This document shows, in pieces, positions 9,166 through 19,073 of a stretch of 64,000 bases of DNA. The notes under the pieces were generated by a model. The model worked only from the letters and a program-made list of their open reading frames with translations. It did no database searches and was not told where the DNA came from. Made by a program: the position numbers and the translations under genes. Numbering within the stretch: the stretch's first letter is position 1; every line of letters begins with the position of its first letter. The DNA lies in assembly GCA_023436205.1 (NCBI GenBank), contig JAEZKC010000055.1, positions 9,542-73,541 of the forward strand. The letters are read 5' to 3'. Source of the stretch: Fibrobacterota bacterium. Its GTDB lineage: Bacteria > Fibrobacterota > Chitinivibrionia > Chitinivibrionales > Chitinispirillaceae.

Positions 9166-12100
9166 ATGGAACGATTTATAGATGAAGGACCGCTGTGGTA
9201 CAAGGACGCCGTGATCTACGAAGTGCATGTGCGGGCTTTCGGTGATTCCAACGGTGATGGCATTGGTGATTTCAGGGGACTCACCGAGAAGCTCGATTAT
9301 CTTCAGAGTCTCGGGGTTACCGCCGTATGGCTACTCCCTTTTTATCCCTCTCCGCTAAGAGACGATGGTTACGATATCGCCGATTATTTCGATGTGCATC
9401 CCGATTACGGAACCCTGCGCGATTTCAAGGAGTTTCTCAAGGCTGCGCACCAGAGGGGGATCAGGGTAATTGCGGAGCTGGTACTCAACCATACCTCCGC
9501 CGATCACGCCTGGTTTCAGAAAGCCAGAAGGGCCGATCCCGATTCTTCTGCCCGCAACATGTATGTCTGGAGCAATACCGCCGAGCGCTACCGGGATGCC
9601 CGTATCATATTCAAAGATTTCGAGCATTCGAACTGGACCTGGGATCACACTGCCCAGGCCTATTACTGGCATCGTTTCTATTCTCATCAGCCTGATCTGA
9701 ATTTCGACAACCCGTCAGTACATCGCATGATGCTAAAGGTGATCGATTTCTGGTTTTCGATGGGGGTAGACGGACTGCGTCTCGATGCGGTGCCCTATCT
9801 CTTTGAAAGAGAAGGGACTAACTGCGAAAACCTCAAGGAAACTCACGACTACCTTAAAGCCCTTCGGGCCCACGTCGACAGCAAGTTTCAAAATCGAATG
9901 CTGCTTGCTGAGGCCAATCAGTGGCCTGAAGATTCGGTTGCCTATTTTGGTGAGGGCAACGAGTGTCAGATGGCCTTTCATTTTCCGCTCATGCCCCGCA
10001 TGTTCATGGCCATTCAGATGGAAGACAATTTCCCCATAATAGATATCTTGCGTTCCACCCCCGCTATTCCCTCCAACTGTCAGTGGGCTCTGTTTTTAAG
10101 AAATCACGATGAGCTCACGCTGGAAATGGTTACCGATGAAGAGCGGGACTACATGTACAAGGTGTATGCACAAGACACCCGGGCGAAGATTAATCTGGGG
10201 ATCAGGCGGAGGCTGGCACCGCTGCTCTCAAATGACCGGCGCAAAATCGAGCTCATGAATATTCTGCTTTTTTCCCTGCCCGGCACCCCGATCATCTACT
10301 ACGGAGATGAAATCGGCATGGGGGATAACTACTATCTGGGAGATCGAAACGGGGTTCGTACTCCCATGCAGTGGGGGCCCGATCGCAATGCCGGTTTTTC
10401 TCATACCAACCCTCATAAGTTGTATCTTCCGGTCATTATCGACCCGGAGTATCACTACGAGGCGGTCAATGTGCAGAACCAGGAGTCCAGTTACGCTTCG
10501 CTTCTCTGGTGGATGCGCAGTGTGATTGCCTCCAGAAAGAGGTTCAAGGCGTTCAGCCGTGGAGAGCTGCGGATGATGCCCGGGGATAATTCCAAAGTGC
10601 TCTGCTTTGTGCGGGAACATCAAAACGAGACTGTTCTGGTAGTGGTGAACCTGTCGCGTTTCAGCCAGGTGGTCACTTTTGACCTGGCCGAATACATGGG
10701 AACCATCCCTGAAGAGGTTTTTGGAAGGAACACCTTTCCAATAATCAAAGATACGCCTTATCTGCTTACTCTGGGGCCTTACGATTATTACTGGTTCGAA
10801 CTGAAGAAGAGTGCCGAGACTATCGGTGTGGAGGAACGGGTGAGTCTACTTACGGTAAAGAGAAGCTGGGAGGAGATTTTCCAGGGGGCCAATCGGTCCA
10901 AACTTGAAGAAACGGTGCTCCCCGAATATCTGCGGCGCAGTCGCTGGTTCGGGGCCAAGAGCCGCAAGATTAACAGCGTCACCATCGTTGAAGAGGCCCG
11001 GGTGGTCGATAATGTCTGGACCTGCAGGCTTCTGATTCTCAAGGTCAGTTACAGCCAGGGAGCCCAGGAGCACTACCTGCTGCCGCTTACCTATAATGCC
11101 CGTTCTTTACTTGGCGGGCTCAATGAAGATTTCCCTCAGGCCATTGTGGCCGATCTTAAGGTAGATAAGGAAGATGGCATTCTCTACGATGGCAACTACG
11201 ACGAAAAGCTTCACTGGGTACTTTTCAATACCATTGCTAACCGTAAGAAAATCAAGGGAGTAAACGGGGAGTTCGGAGGTTTGCCTTCAAGGGAACTGAA
11301 GACTATTCTGGCAGATAAACACCTGCCCATTCCATCCCGGCCCCTGAAGGTGGAGCAGAGCAATACTGCTATCCTCTACGATGATGTTTTGTTTCTCAAG
11401 CTGTACCGCAAGCTGGAGGAGGGGGAGAATCCTGAGTTGGATATTCTGCGCTATCTTGGCACCCGCACCAACTTTAAAAACATTCCTCCCTATGCGGGGG
11501 CGCTTGAATACCGCACCGATAAAAAGGAACCGCTCACGGTGGCGCTCATGCAGGGCTACGTTGAAAACAGCGGCAATGCCTGGAGCTATGGTTTGGGAGT
11601 GGTCACCAAGTATTTCGAGCAGATACTTGCCAATCAGGGTAGTTTACCCCCTTTGCCCACTTATTATCCCAATCTGATGGATATACGCGAAGTGCCCGAT
11701 TACATCAGAGATCTTACTGGTGAATTTTTCCTTGAGATGGTTTCTCTTCTGGGCAAACGTACTGCTGAGCTGCATATTGCTTTGTCAGAAGCGGTGGAGG
11801 AGCCTGATTTTGTTCCTGAACCCTTCTCTCAGCTCTATCAGAGGTCGATCTACCAATCCATTCAGGGGCTTATTCAGAAAACGTTCCGCATGGCAGAAAA
11901 AGAACTAAAAAAGATGTCGCCGGAGCTTCGGGCTGAAACCGAATCGGTGCTCAAGCTTGAAAAGCCCATTCTCGATACTGTCAGGCGCATAGTTACCAAA
12001 AAGTTCACCACCGTGAAAACTCGAATCCACGGCGATTATCATCTGGGGCAGGTTCTTTTCACCGGCAAAGATTTTACAATCATGGATTTTGAAGGTGAGC

Positions 12101-12471
12101 CGGCGCGCTCGCTTAGTGAGCGCAAGCTCAAGCGGTCACCATTCAGGGATGTGGCCGGGATGATCCGATCGTTTCACTATGTATGCTACAGTGCCATATT
12201 CCTCGAATCCACATTCCGTACCGAAGATGCGGAGCTGCTCGTGTCCTGGATTGAGCCCTGGTATCACTATATCGGGGGGATTTTTCTCAGTTCCTATCTG
12301 GAGGCGGCCGGTGAGGCGTCCTTTATTCCCGAAGATCGTCAGGAGATCGACATTCTTATGCGCACGTTTCTCCTGGAGAAGGCGGTATACGAGCTTGGTT
12401 ATGAAATAAACAATCGCCCAGACTGGGTGATCATTCCCATTAGAGGTATAAGGAGTCTTCTTGGAGAATAG
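9166..12471 (+). CDS. treS: Trehalose synthase fused to maltokinase (TreS-Mak/Pep2)
   Basis: N-terminal half is GH13 TreS-like ([48 protein letters not shown]). C-terminal half is maltokinase-like ([25 protein letters not shown]). The start is set at the ATG of MERFIDEG rather than the TTG at 9130. Confidence 0.9.
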   Translation: MERFIDEGPLWYKDAVIYEVHVRAFGDSNGDGIGDFRGLTEKLDYLQSLGVTAVWLLPFYPSPLRDDGYDIADYFDVHPDYGTLRDFKEFLKAAHQRGIRVIAELVLNHTSADHAWFQKARRADPDSSARNMYVWSNTAERYRDARIIFKDFEHSNWTWDHTAQAYYWHRFYSHQPDLNFDNPSVHRMMLKVIDFWFSMGVDGLRLDAVPYLFEREGTNCENLKETHDYLKALRAHVDSKFQNRMLLAEANQWPEDSVAYFGEGNECQMAFHFPLMPRMFMAIQMEDNFPIIDILRSTPAIPSNCQWALFLRNHDELTLEMVTDEERDYMYKVYAQDTRAKINLGIRRRLAPLLSNDRRKIELMNILLFSLPGTPIIYYGDEIGMGDNYYLGDRNGVRTPMQWGPDRNAGFSHTNPHKLYLPVIIDPEYHYEAVNVQNQESSYASLLWWMRSVIASRKRFKAFSRGELRMMPGDNSKVLCFVREHQNETVLVVVNLSRFSQVVTFDLAEYMGTIPEEVFGRNTFPIIKDTPYLLTLGPYDYYWFELKKSAETIGVEERVSLLTVKRSWEEIFQGANRSKLEETVLPEYLRRSRWFGAKSRKINSVTIVEEARVVDNVWTCRLLILKVSYSQGAQEHYLLPLTYNARSLLGGLNEDFPQAIVADLKVDKEDGILYDGNYDEKLHWVLFNTIANRKKIKGVNGEFGGLPSRELKTILADKHLPIPSRPLKVEQSNTAILYDDVLFLKLYRKLEEGENPELDILRYLGTRTNFKNIPPYAGALEYRTDKKEPLTVALMQGYVENSGNAWSYGLGVVTKYFEQILANQGSLPPLPTYYPNLMDIREVPDYIRDLTGEFFLEMVSLLGKRTAELHIALSEAVEEPDFVPEPFSQLYQRSIYQSIQGLIQKTFRMAEKELKKMSPELRAETESVLKLEKPILDTVRRIVTKKFTTVKTRIHGDYHLGQVLFTGKDFTIMDFEGEPARSLSERKLKRSPFRDVAGMIRSFHYVCYSAIFLESTFRTEDAELLVSWIEPWYHYIGGIFLSSYLEAAGEASFIPEDRQEIDILMRTFLLEKAVYELGYEINNRPDWVIIPIRGIRSLLGE

Positions 12472-12539
12472 GGGATTACTGTGCTAGTTTCGAATCTATT
12501 TTTCGGGGCTTAATGCCATAACACACGATTGGAGTAGTC

Positions 12540-14354
12540 ATGTATATTGGTTCAAACTATGAGGGTAATCAAACCGCCAGTTTCACAGTCTGGGCGCCGC
12601 TCAAGAAAAATGTTCAGCTTCTGCTCGGTGAAGAGAATCCAAAAGTGATTTCAATGGACAGGGATGATTTCGGTTACTGGCAAGCCTCTCATATACAAAC
12701 TGCTCCCGGAACTTTCTACAGATATCGTCTGGATGGCAGCTCCGATTTCCCCGATCCAGCTTCGCGTTTTCAGCCTCAGGGGGTGCACGGCCCATCCTGT
12801 GTTGTTGATCATGGAGCATTTAATTGGAACGATAGCACCTGGAAGGGTATGGCTCTTCAGGATATGGTCATCTACGAACTGCATACAGGCACCTTTACAC
12901 CTTCGGGAACATTTGAAGGCTGCGCCGAAAGGCTCGATTACCTTAGGAATCTGGGAGTTACAGCAATTGAGATCATGCCTGTTGCTCAGTTCCCGGGAAG
13001 CCGCAACTGGGGATACGACGGGGCATATCCCTTTGCGGTACAAAACAGTTACGGCGGTCCGGAGGGGCTAAAGCGTCTGGTCGATCAGTGTCATGCCAAG
13101 GGAATGGCGGTGGTACTCGATGTGGTGTATAATCACCTCGGGCCCGAAGGCGCGTATCTTCAAGAATATGGGCCTTATTTCACCGATGAGTACGGCACCC
13201 CCTGGGGAGCTGCGGTAAATTACGATGAATCATACAGTTACGGAGTGCGCAACTACTTCGTGCAGAATGCGCTTTCCTGGTTTGCCGATTACCACATCGA
13301 TGCACTTCGACTCGATGCCATCCATGGAATTTATGACTTTGGGGCATTGCACATCTTAAGGGAAATATCAGATGCGGTGAAGGAGCTTTCGGCCAAGGAG
13401 GGGCGGGAGATGATCCTTATCGCTGAAAGTGACCTCAATGATACCCGGGTTATCTCCCCGGTGGAAAAAAACGGTTACGGTATAGATGCCCAGTGGAGCG
13501 ATGATTTCCATCATTCGGTGCACTCCCTACTCACCGGTGAAAACCGCAGCTACTATGGTGATTTCGGCAAAATGGGTGATCTCTGCAAAGCTCTTAACGA
13601 GGGATTTGTCTATTCCTGGAACTATTCCCCCAACCGCAAACGTTATCATGGCAGTTCTTCAAAAGATATACAGCCAGAAAAGCTGGTGATCTGCACGCAG
13701 AATCACGATCAGATCGGTAACCGCATGCTGGGGGAGAGGTTATCGCAGTTGGTATCTTTCGATGGGCTCAAACTGGCGGCGGCCTCCATGATTTTATCGC
13801 CATATACCCCAATGCTTTTCATGGGTGAGGAATTCGCGGCCAGCACCCCGTTTCTCTATTTTATCAGCCATCTCGATGAAAACCTGGTTCAATTGGTCAG
13901 GGAGGGACGGGCCCGGGAATTTGCCGAATTCCGCTGGGAGGGCACTCCACCTGACCCGCAGGACCCGGCTACATTTAATAATTGCAAGCTCGATTGGGAT
14001 ACTGCTTTTGAGGGGAAGCACGGGCAGATGATGGCCTTCTACCGGGAGCTTCTGCGGTTGCGGTCTACAGTTCCATCTTTAAGGAGTCCCAGGCGCAAAG
14101 CCTCTCTTTTAGCTGATCAGAACAGTGGTGTCCTGGTGTTGTCCCGAGGGGATTCGGCAGTTGTTCTGTTGAACTTTTCTGACGAGGATGTGGCGTTCAG
14201 TGCTCAGGAGGCACAAATTGCGGGCGGGCGAAAACTGCTCGATTCACAGGATGAGCGCTGGGGGGGGCAGAATGTGAAAATGCCCGATAGGGTGGAGGCG
14301 CAGAGTCAGTGTGTGCTGGCGCCGCTCAGTGTTGCGATTTATGAGCTAGTTTAG
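12540..14354 (+). CDS. treZ: Malto-oligosyltrehalose trehalohydrolase-like GH13 enzyme
   Basis: TreZ-type N-terminus (FTVWAP...YRYRLDG...PDPASRFQPQGVHGPSCVVD). GH13 regions LDVVYNH, ALRLDAIH, IAESDLND and QNHDQIGNR. Confidence 0.8.
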   Translation: MYIGSNYEGNQTASFTVWAPLKKNVQLLLGEENPKVISMDRDDFGYWQASHIQTAPGTFYRYRLDGSSDFPDPASRFQPQGVHGPSCVVDHGAFNWNDSTWKGMALQDMVIYELHTGTFTPSGTFEGCAERLDYLRNLGVTAIEIMPVAQFPGSRNWGYDGAYPFAVQNSYGGPEGLKRLVDQCHAKGMAVVLDVVYNHLGPEGAYLQEYGPYFTDEYGTPWGAAVNYDESYSYGVRNYFVQNALSWFADYHIDALRLDAIHGIYDFGALHILREISDAVKELSAKEGREMILIAESDLNDTRVISPVEKNGYGIDAQWSDDFHHSVHSLLTGENRSYYGDFGKMGDLCKALNEGFVYSWNYSPNRKRYHGSSSKDIQPEKLVICTQNHDQIGNRMLGERLSQLVSFDGLKLAAASMILSPYTPMLFMGEEFAASTPFLYFISHLDENLVQLVREGRAREFAEFRWEGTPPDPQDPATFNNCKLDWDTAFEGKHGQMMAFYRELLRLRSTVPSLRSPRRKASLLADQNSGVLVLSRGDSAVVLLNFSDEDVAFSAQEAQIAGGRKLLDSQDERWGGQNVKMPDRVEAQSQCVLAPLSVAIYELV

Positions 14355-14410
14355 CTTAGGGGAGGTAAAGTGTTCGCGAATGTGATCGTTGTTGAATACG
14401 AAAAGTTGAA

Positions 14411-14429
14411 GCTGCGGAGAACCCGCAGC
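14411..14429. terminator. Hairpin between the convergent treZ and OMP genes (possible bidirectional terminator)
   Basis: GCTGCGG-agaac-CCGCAGC. Only a weak T-run (TTCAACTTTT) follows on the minus strand. Confidence 0.35.
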
Positions 14430-14438
14430 ACTACCAAT

Positions 14439-14954
14439 TTAGAAGGCAAATCCCATATCGAACAGGATTGACGGGCCTACTCTACTAAAGGTGTAGCCCT
14501 CTATGTTACCTGTCGAGATTACTACACCACCACCTAATCCCATGGAAAAGCTATCCCAAGTCCATCTGTATCCACCAAATGCTCCAGCCGCGAACCCTGC
14601 ACCTGATCCGCTCTGCTTATAACCATAATCATCTACATATGTCACATTGAGAAAACTGATTCCTACGCCCGGTTTAAAAAACCATCCTCTGAAGAGCTCA
14701 TTTGAATATGCGGTATAAGTACCTTCTATTCCGAACCCAGAAACGGAATTAGTTCCATAAGAAATGTTGGTGTAATTTCCACCGAAACCCAGTGCTGCTT
14801 TTCCCGCAGTTCCATGTTCGTAATTAAAATATAGGGTACCAAGCATCAGTCCTAAAGGATTAATCACCAACAGATTCTGCTTGGTCTGTGCTGCAGAAAT
14901 ACCGATAAGAAGTGTCAAACTGATTAAAACAACAGCTTTTACTGCTCTTCCCAT
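14439..14954 (-). CDS. Small outer-membrane beta-barrel protein
   Basis: Signal peptide (MGRAVKAVVLISLTLLIGISAAQ), alternating Gly/aromatic beta-strand pattern, and a C-terminal aromatic residue (..DMGFAF). Confidence 0.65.
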   Translation of the reverse strand: MGRAVKAVVLISLTLLIGISAAQTKQNLLVINPLGLMLGTLYFNYEHGTAGKAALGFGGNYTNISYGTNSVSGFGIEGTYTAYSNELFRGWFFKPGVGISFLNVTYVDDYGYKQSGSGAGFAAGAFGGYRWTWDSFSMGLGGGVVISTGNIEGYTFSRVGPSILFDMGFAF

Positions 14955-15056
14955 GAAGGTTCTCCTTCGAAAATGATTGAATGTTAAGGGTGAATGTGAA
15001 CAAAATGTGTTATGCGGTATCGGTTAACAATTCATTTCTTATCAGGAAAATTTCCA

Positions 15057-15908
15057 TTACTCCAAAGCGTTGCCGAACATCCCATCCACTTTCTGCAGCT
15101 CTTCCGGGATCGCTTCCGCAACTTCCTGCAGGTCTGCCATCTCCAGACCAAGAAGCGCAAGTCGGGGTTTCAACTCTTCATTCTGGTAAGGGGAAGTGGT
15201 CTTGCTCAGGTAATTTGCAAAATAGCACAGAGTTACCGCGTTTTTTGCGCCGGGCGCCATGTCGGGGGTGTGATGGAATTCCAGTGCCAGTTCGATCTCC
15301 TCGGGCAGTGACCAGGTGCTCGTGAGCCATCCTGCCACATCGCAGTGGTTGTACCCCAGCACCTCGTTTTCCGCCTCAAAATGGCTGATCTTTTTTCTGG
15401 TGGCCAGTCGCAGAGCTTTATGGAAGTCCTGGTGAAGGTACTGTTCCATGACAATTTTGCCTACATCGTGCAGAAGCCCGGCGCAGAATGCCTCCTCCGG
15501 GTCAAGCCTGGTAGTCTGTCTGCAGCGCAGTGCCAGCAGCTTGGCTGCTGTGCCGCATTTGAGCGAATGCATCCAGAACTCTTTTCGGTCGAAAAGGCGG
15601 GATTCCTCTTCGCTGTCACCGAACATGTCGAAAACAGTGAGGCCAAGCACCATTGTCTGAATAATCTTGAACCCCAGGATCACTACCGCATTATTAATAT
15701 TGTTGATGCTTCTGGGGACACCATAGAAAGCGCTGTTTGCCAGTCGCAGAATCTTTGCACTCAGGGAGATATCCTGTGCCACCAGAGCGGCCACCGTTTC
15801 CGCGGAGGTGTTGGGCTCGCGCACGATGCGCATCAGCCGCGACGCCACCTGGGGCAGGGTGGGGAGATTGGCAATATGCTTGATTTTATCGCACAGTTCC
15901 TCTTTCAT
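15057..15908 (-). CDS. HDOD-domain signalling protein
   Basis: LPTLPQVASRLMRIV...ILRLANSAFYG...AGLLHDVGKIVM is the HDOD / HD-related pattern. Confidence 0.8.
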   Translation of the reverse strand: MKEELCDKIKHIANLPTLPQVASRLMRIVREPNTSAETVAALVAQDISLSAKILRLANSAFYGVPRSINNINNAVVILGFKIIQTMVLGLTVFDMFGDSEEESRLFDRKEFWMHSLKCGTAAKLLALRCRQTTRLDPEEAFCAGLLHDVGKIVMEQYLHQDFHKALRLATRKKISHFEAENEVLGYNHCDVAGWLTSTWSLPEEIELALEFHHTPDMAPGAKNAVTLCYFANYLSKTTSPYQNEELKPRLALLGLEMADLQEVAEAIPEELQKVDGMFGNALE

Positions 15909-16004
15909 TTTCTAGCCGCTTTCAGGTGGATTTGGGTTGGGTATGTCTTCCATTCATTATATAAAACGGGCAGGCGGATTACAAAGAAAACTTTTTTGGG
16001 AAAA

Positions 16005-16123
16005 GGCCGGAGGCCGGAGATCAGAGGCCGGAGATCAGAGGCCAGAGATCAGAGGCCGGAGATCAGAAGCCGGAGATCTGAAGCCGGAGATCTGAAGCCG
16101 GAGCCGGAGCCGGAGCCGGAGAC
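16005..16123 (+). repeat. Tandem array TR1: six 14-nt units GGCCGGAGATCAGA (variants), then four GCCGGA hexamers
   Basis: Read directly: ggccggagatcaga x6 with point variants (ggccagag.., agccggagatctga), then gccgga x4. Intergenic. Confidence 0.9.
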
Positions 16124-16164
16124 TGGAAGTTCCGGGCAAGAGCGGCAGCGCGTCAGTTTTAGCC

Positions 16165-16253
16165 GTGAACTGACAGACTCTGATGACTATTTTCGCTGAT
16201 TTTACAGTGCGGGAGAAGGTACTGGTGACAGACAAGGCGTCTTCGCCGTTAAC
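16165..16253 (+). repeat. Dispersed ~90-nt element, copy A
   Basis: cgtgaactgacagactctgatgactattttcgctgattttacagtgcgggagaaggtactggtgacagacaaggcgtcttcgccgttaac. It shares the 18-mer AGGCGTCTTCGCCGTTAA with 5 other copies and a 25-mer with copy D. Confidence 0.85.
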
Positions 16254-16323
16254 AGAAAAAATTTTTCCTAAACTTTTCCACATTTCTGCCGATCTTCACT
16301 ATAACGCACTTTCAGGAGGTTTT

Positions 16324-16497
16324 ATGGATCCTGTTTCAATCGCCCGCAGCGCAGCATCAGTCGACCAGATGTTCAAAGTCCTTCAGTCCTCCCAGGCCCA
16401 GGTGACCGAAATGTCTGAAAAGCTTCTCAGGGTTGCCGTGGAGGCCGCCCTCGGAAAGGAAGCCGGTAAAGGCGAGCTGATCGACCTTATCGCCTGA
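16324..16497 (+). CDS. Small hypothetical protein (57 aa)
   Basis: AGGAGG lies 5 nt upstream of the ATG (ctttcaggaggttttATGgat). Helical, Q/S/A-rich sequence MDPVSIARSAASVDQMFKVLQSSQAQ... The longer listed ORF from 16183 starts inside repeat copy A and is not credible. Confidence 0.5.
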   Translation: MDPVSIARSAASVDQMFKVLQSSQAQVTEMSEKLLRVAVEAALGKEAGKGELIDLIA

Positions 16498-16639
16498 TTC
16501 TTCACTGCCGCACAGCAAATACTATTTTAAAGCTTCGCGGCAGCTCCTCCGCAGAGTCTGACTCCTTTTCCAAAGTCCCGCTCACTAACGCCGGTTCTGC
16601 TTCGTATTATGCCGTAGTTTTTGCTTCTATTAAGGATAT

Positions 16640-18049
16640 ATGCACATGAAAACGATCGGGCGGGACCTCACGGAAGGCAGCATTCCCCGTCACCTGCTGT
16701 CTCTTGCGATCCCCATGCTTATAGGAAACCTGCTCAATACCGGCTACAGCATCATCGATGCCATGTGGATCGGGCGAATGGTGGGCAGGGAGGCTATCGG
16801 AGCCATTGCGGTGAGCTTTCCGGTAGTGTTTCTTTTCGTGGGGGTGGCAAACGGGGCGACATTGGCCACCACTATTCTGGTTTCTCAGTTTTTCGGTGCC
16901 AAAAATCACACCATGGTCCGCCGTACCGTGGGTACCTCCTTCAGTCTGGCGCTTATCCTGGGGGTGGTGTCTGCCGCCGCCGGGATTATGCTTTCGGGGT
17001 CTATCCTTAAGTGGCTGGGTACGCCCGAATCGATCATGCCGCTGGCCTCCTCTTATCTGAAGATTGCATTTCTGGGATTCCCGGTCATGTATCTGAGTTT
17101 TCTGGTGACCTCGATTCTGCGCGGTGTGGGGGATACCCGTACCCCTCTTTATTTCATGGCCGCGGGGGTAGTGATCAACGCGGTGCTGGATCCCCTCTTT
17201 ATTATTGGCATAGGCCCTCTTCCCCGCATGGGGCTGGATGGAGCCGCCTGGGCATCCATTATCTCCGCCTTCGCCGCGGTTCTTCTGGGCACCCTATATC
17301 TCAACAGCAAGGGAAGTGATTTTGCCTTCAATCCGGCCAAACTATCCGCCGATAAAAAGGTTGCCAGGCTTATATTTTCCATCGGGTTGCCATCCATGAT
17401 CCAGCAGTCGGCCGTGTCGCTGGGGATGGTGTTCATTGCTTCATTTGTAAATAAGTTCGGAGCCGTGGCCGCTGCAGCCTACGGAGCCGCAGGGCGGATC
17501 GATTCGGTGGCGTTTCTCCCGGCCATGTCCATTGGTCTTTCGGTTTCCGCCATTACCGGGCAGAACCTTGGGGCAGGCAAGGTGGATCGGGTGCACAGCA
17601 TTTTCAAATGGGGCCTGCTCATGACCGCCTCGATTTCCCTTTTCCTTTCCATTTTCTTTCTTTCCATTCCCGATCTTCTGCTTTCCATCTTCACCACCGA
17701 TCAGGAAGTGATCGCCATCGGCAGAAACTACCTGCGGATCGTGGGGCCATCCACTCTCTTTTTCGCCATCATGTACGTTTCTAACGGTGTTATCAACGGG
17801 GCCGGTCACACGCTCACCACACTGGCCTTCACTATCTGCGTCCTGTGGGGGGTGCGTATTCCCATGGCTGCGTTTCTATCCCGCACCTTTTTGGGTATCG
17901 AAGGGATCTGGATCGCTTTTGCGGTAGGGTTTTTCACTATCATGTGCGTGAGTCTCAGCTGGTATTTTTCCGGGCGATGGAAAAAGCCGGTGGTCAGGGC
18001 CGGGCTTAAAAACGCAATAGCCGCCGAACCTGCATCCGCGGAAGCCTGA
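16640..18049 (+). CDS. MATE-family multidrug/toxin efflux transporter
   Basis: 469 aa and about 12 TM helices. MATE-type N-terminus (LTEGSIPRHLLSLAIPMLIGNLLNTGYSIIDAMWIGR) with an internal duplication. Confidence 0.85.
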   Translation: MHMKTIGRDLTEGSIPRHLLSLAIPMLIGNLLNTGYSIIDAMWIGRMVGREAIGAIAVSFPVVFLFVGVANGATLATTILVSQFFGAKNHTMVRRTVGTSFSLALILGVVSAAAGIMLSGSILKWLGTPESIMPLASSYLKIAFLGFPVMYLSFLVTSILRGVGDTRTPLYFMAAGVVINAVLDPLFIIGIGPLPRMGLDGAAWASIISAFAAVLLGTLYLNSKGSDFAFNPAKLSADKKVARLIFSIGLPSMIQQSAVSLGMVFIASFVNKFGAVAAAAYGAAGRIDSVAFLPAMSIGLSVSAITGQNLGAGKVDRVHSIFKWGLLMTASISLFLSIFFLSIPDLLLSIFTTDQEVIAIGRNYLRIVGPSTLFFAIMYVSNGVINGAGHTLTTLAFTICVLWGVRIPMAAFLSRTFLGIEGIWIAFAVGFFTIMCVSLSWYFSGRWKKPVVRAGLKNAIAAEPASAEA

Positions 18050-18078
18050 ACCGACAAGGTTTGAAGAAAGCTGTTCTG

Positions 18079-18168
18079 GTTAACGGCGAAGACGCCTCGA
18101 CTGTCACCTGGCGTATCTCCCGCATGGAAGCATTAGCAATCTTAGCGAAATGAGCTCGTGCTTCACGA
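18079..18168 (-). repeat. Dispersed ~90-nt element, copy B (left half diverged)
   Basis: The plus strand reads gttaacggcgaagacgcctcgactgtcacctggcgtatctcccgcatgg...cacg. The reverse complement aligns to the family consensus. Confidence 0.8.
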
Positions 18169-18257
18169 TTTTTGGATCGGAAAGAGGGCCGATTTCGCTA
18201 TCCAGAGTTAAAATTGCCCCCTTTTTTTCGCGCTTTTTCGTTCCCCTCTTCCACTTC

Positions 18258-18292
18258 GATATTCAGGATTCGTTATTCGATATTCGATATTC
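18258..18292 (+). repeat. Heptamer array GATATTC AGGATTC GTTATTC GATATTC GATATTC upstream of an OMP gene
   Basis: Read directly. It lies about 112 nt upstream of the ATG at 18404 and is followed by an A-run. Confidence 0.85.
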
Positions 18293-18403
18293 AAAAAATC
18301 TCTTCCCTCCCTGCTCTGCTCATCCCCGTTTTCCGGCATGCAAATCGCTAGTTTCTTCTCTCATGAGTGCTGAACCGTTTCACGTTTCTACGAGGAGGAG
18401 CTT

Positions 18404-18856
18404 ATGACGGCACTGAAGAGAAGTTTCCTGGCGGCGGCGATTTCGGTGATTTCCCTATGGTCTGTGGCCGGGGCTATTGGTGTTGGAATTCCTTTTGGTT
18501 TGCAGGGGGGGCCTGAAGTTGGAGTCCGACTCCATTTTACCGATTTATACGCGCTGAATGCTTTTGTTTCTTTCAGCGCAGCCGGAAGTCAGTCAGATTT
18601 TGTGGTCAATCTAGATAATATTTTCTACATTGCAGAAGAGGGTAACCTTAAGCAGTATTTAGCCGCCAATATCAGTTCCGATTTTGACCGGTTGCTTGGT
18701 ACAGCCGGGTTATATGGGCTTCAGTACCGGTTTAATGACTACCTCGACGTTTATGGCCAGTTGGGGTTGGGACTTTTATTTCAGGAGGGTGCCGACACCC
18801 AGGTCAGCACCACCAGAAGCGGCCTGGGGGTCATTTTCTACTTGGTGAGAGAATAG
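18404..18856 (+). CDS. Small outer-membrane beta-barrel protein (150 aa)
   Basis: GAGGAGG SD, signal peptide (..AAISVISLWSVAGA), and an alternating beta-strand pattern rich in G/Y/F. Confidence 0.6.
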   Translation: MTALKRSFLAAAISVISLWSVAGAIGVGIPFGLQGGPEVGVRLHFTDLYALNAFVSFSAAGSQSDFVVNLDNIFYIAEEGNLKQYLAANISSDFDRLLGTAGLYGLQYRFNDYLDVYGQLGLGLLFQEGADTQVSTTRSGLGVIFYLVRE

Positions 18857-18884
18857 CGCCAACAGTTACAGTCTTCCGTTCTGA

Positions 18885-18911
18885 AAGCCCGGCCTCCGCC
18901 GGGCTTTTTTT
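18885..18911 (+). terminator. Rho-independent terminator
   Basis: AGCCCGGC-ctcc-GCCGGGCT followed by TTTTTTT. Confidence 0.85.
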
Positions 18912-19073
18912 ATCAAGCGGGGGCGGGCCTCGGTTAAGTCCGCCTAATCAGGCGCTTAGCTCTTGTGAGGTGTGCGATTCTAATCGGTTATATTCGGATG
19001 CGGGGACCCTTAACGTGCTTATCGGGTACTCTTAGCGCAGGACACAAGATGCTGGCTTTCTCAGGTCCTCGCT

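Noticed and set aside
12488-12512. T-loop-like string AGTTTCGAATC between treS-mak and treZ, suggestive of a tRNA
   Set aside because: The 68-nt intergenic gap cannot hold a cloverleaf, and no acceptor or anticodon stems can be drawn around it.
16005-16123. Possible CRISPR arrays at TR1, TR2 and TR3
   Set aside because: The units are 6-14 nt (TR1/TR2) or 45 nt (TR3) and directly abut one another with no unique spacers. No cas genes are in the window.
15345-16199. 284-aa ORF on the plus strand
   Set aside because: It is antisense to the well-supported HDOD gene and runs into the TR1 repeats. It is a shadow ORF.
16183-16323. Conserved peptide MTIFxxxxVREKVLVTxxASSPL, encoded by element copies A (16183..) and D (35505..35729, minus strand)
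   Set aside because: The same frame has a stop in copy C (MTIFDKDP*), lacks the ATG in copy F, and is disrupted in copies B, E and G. Conservation is at the nucleotide level, so the element is not a protein-coding gene.
18913-19073. About 160 nt of non-coding DNA after the OMP terminator, with a hairpin GGCGG-gcctcggttaagt-CCGCC and an 'AAGTCCG' string faintly reminiscent of RNase P RNA
   Set aside because: It is far too short, and it lacks the other conserved RNase P (or SRP, tmRNA, 6S) blocks. I left it unannotated.
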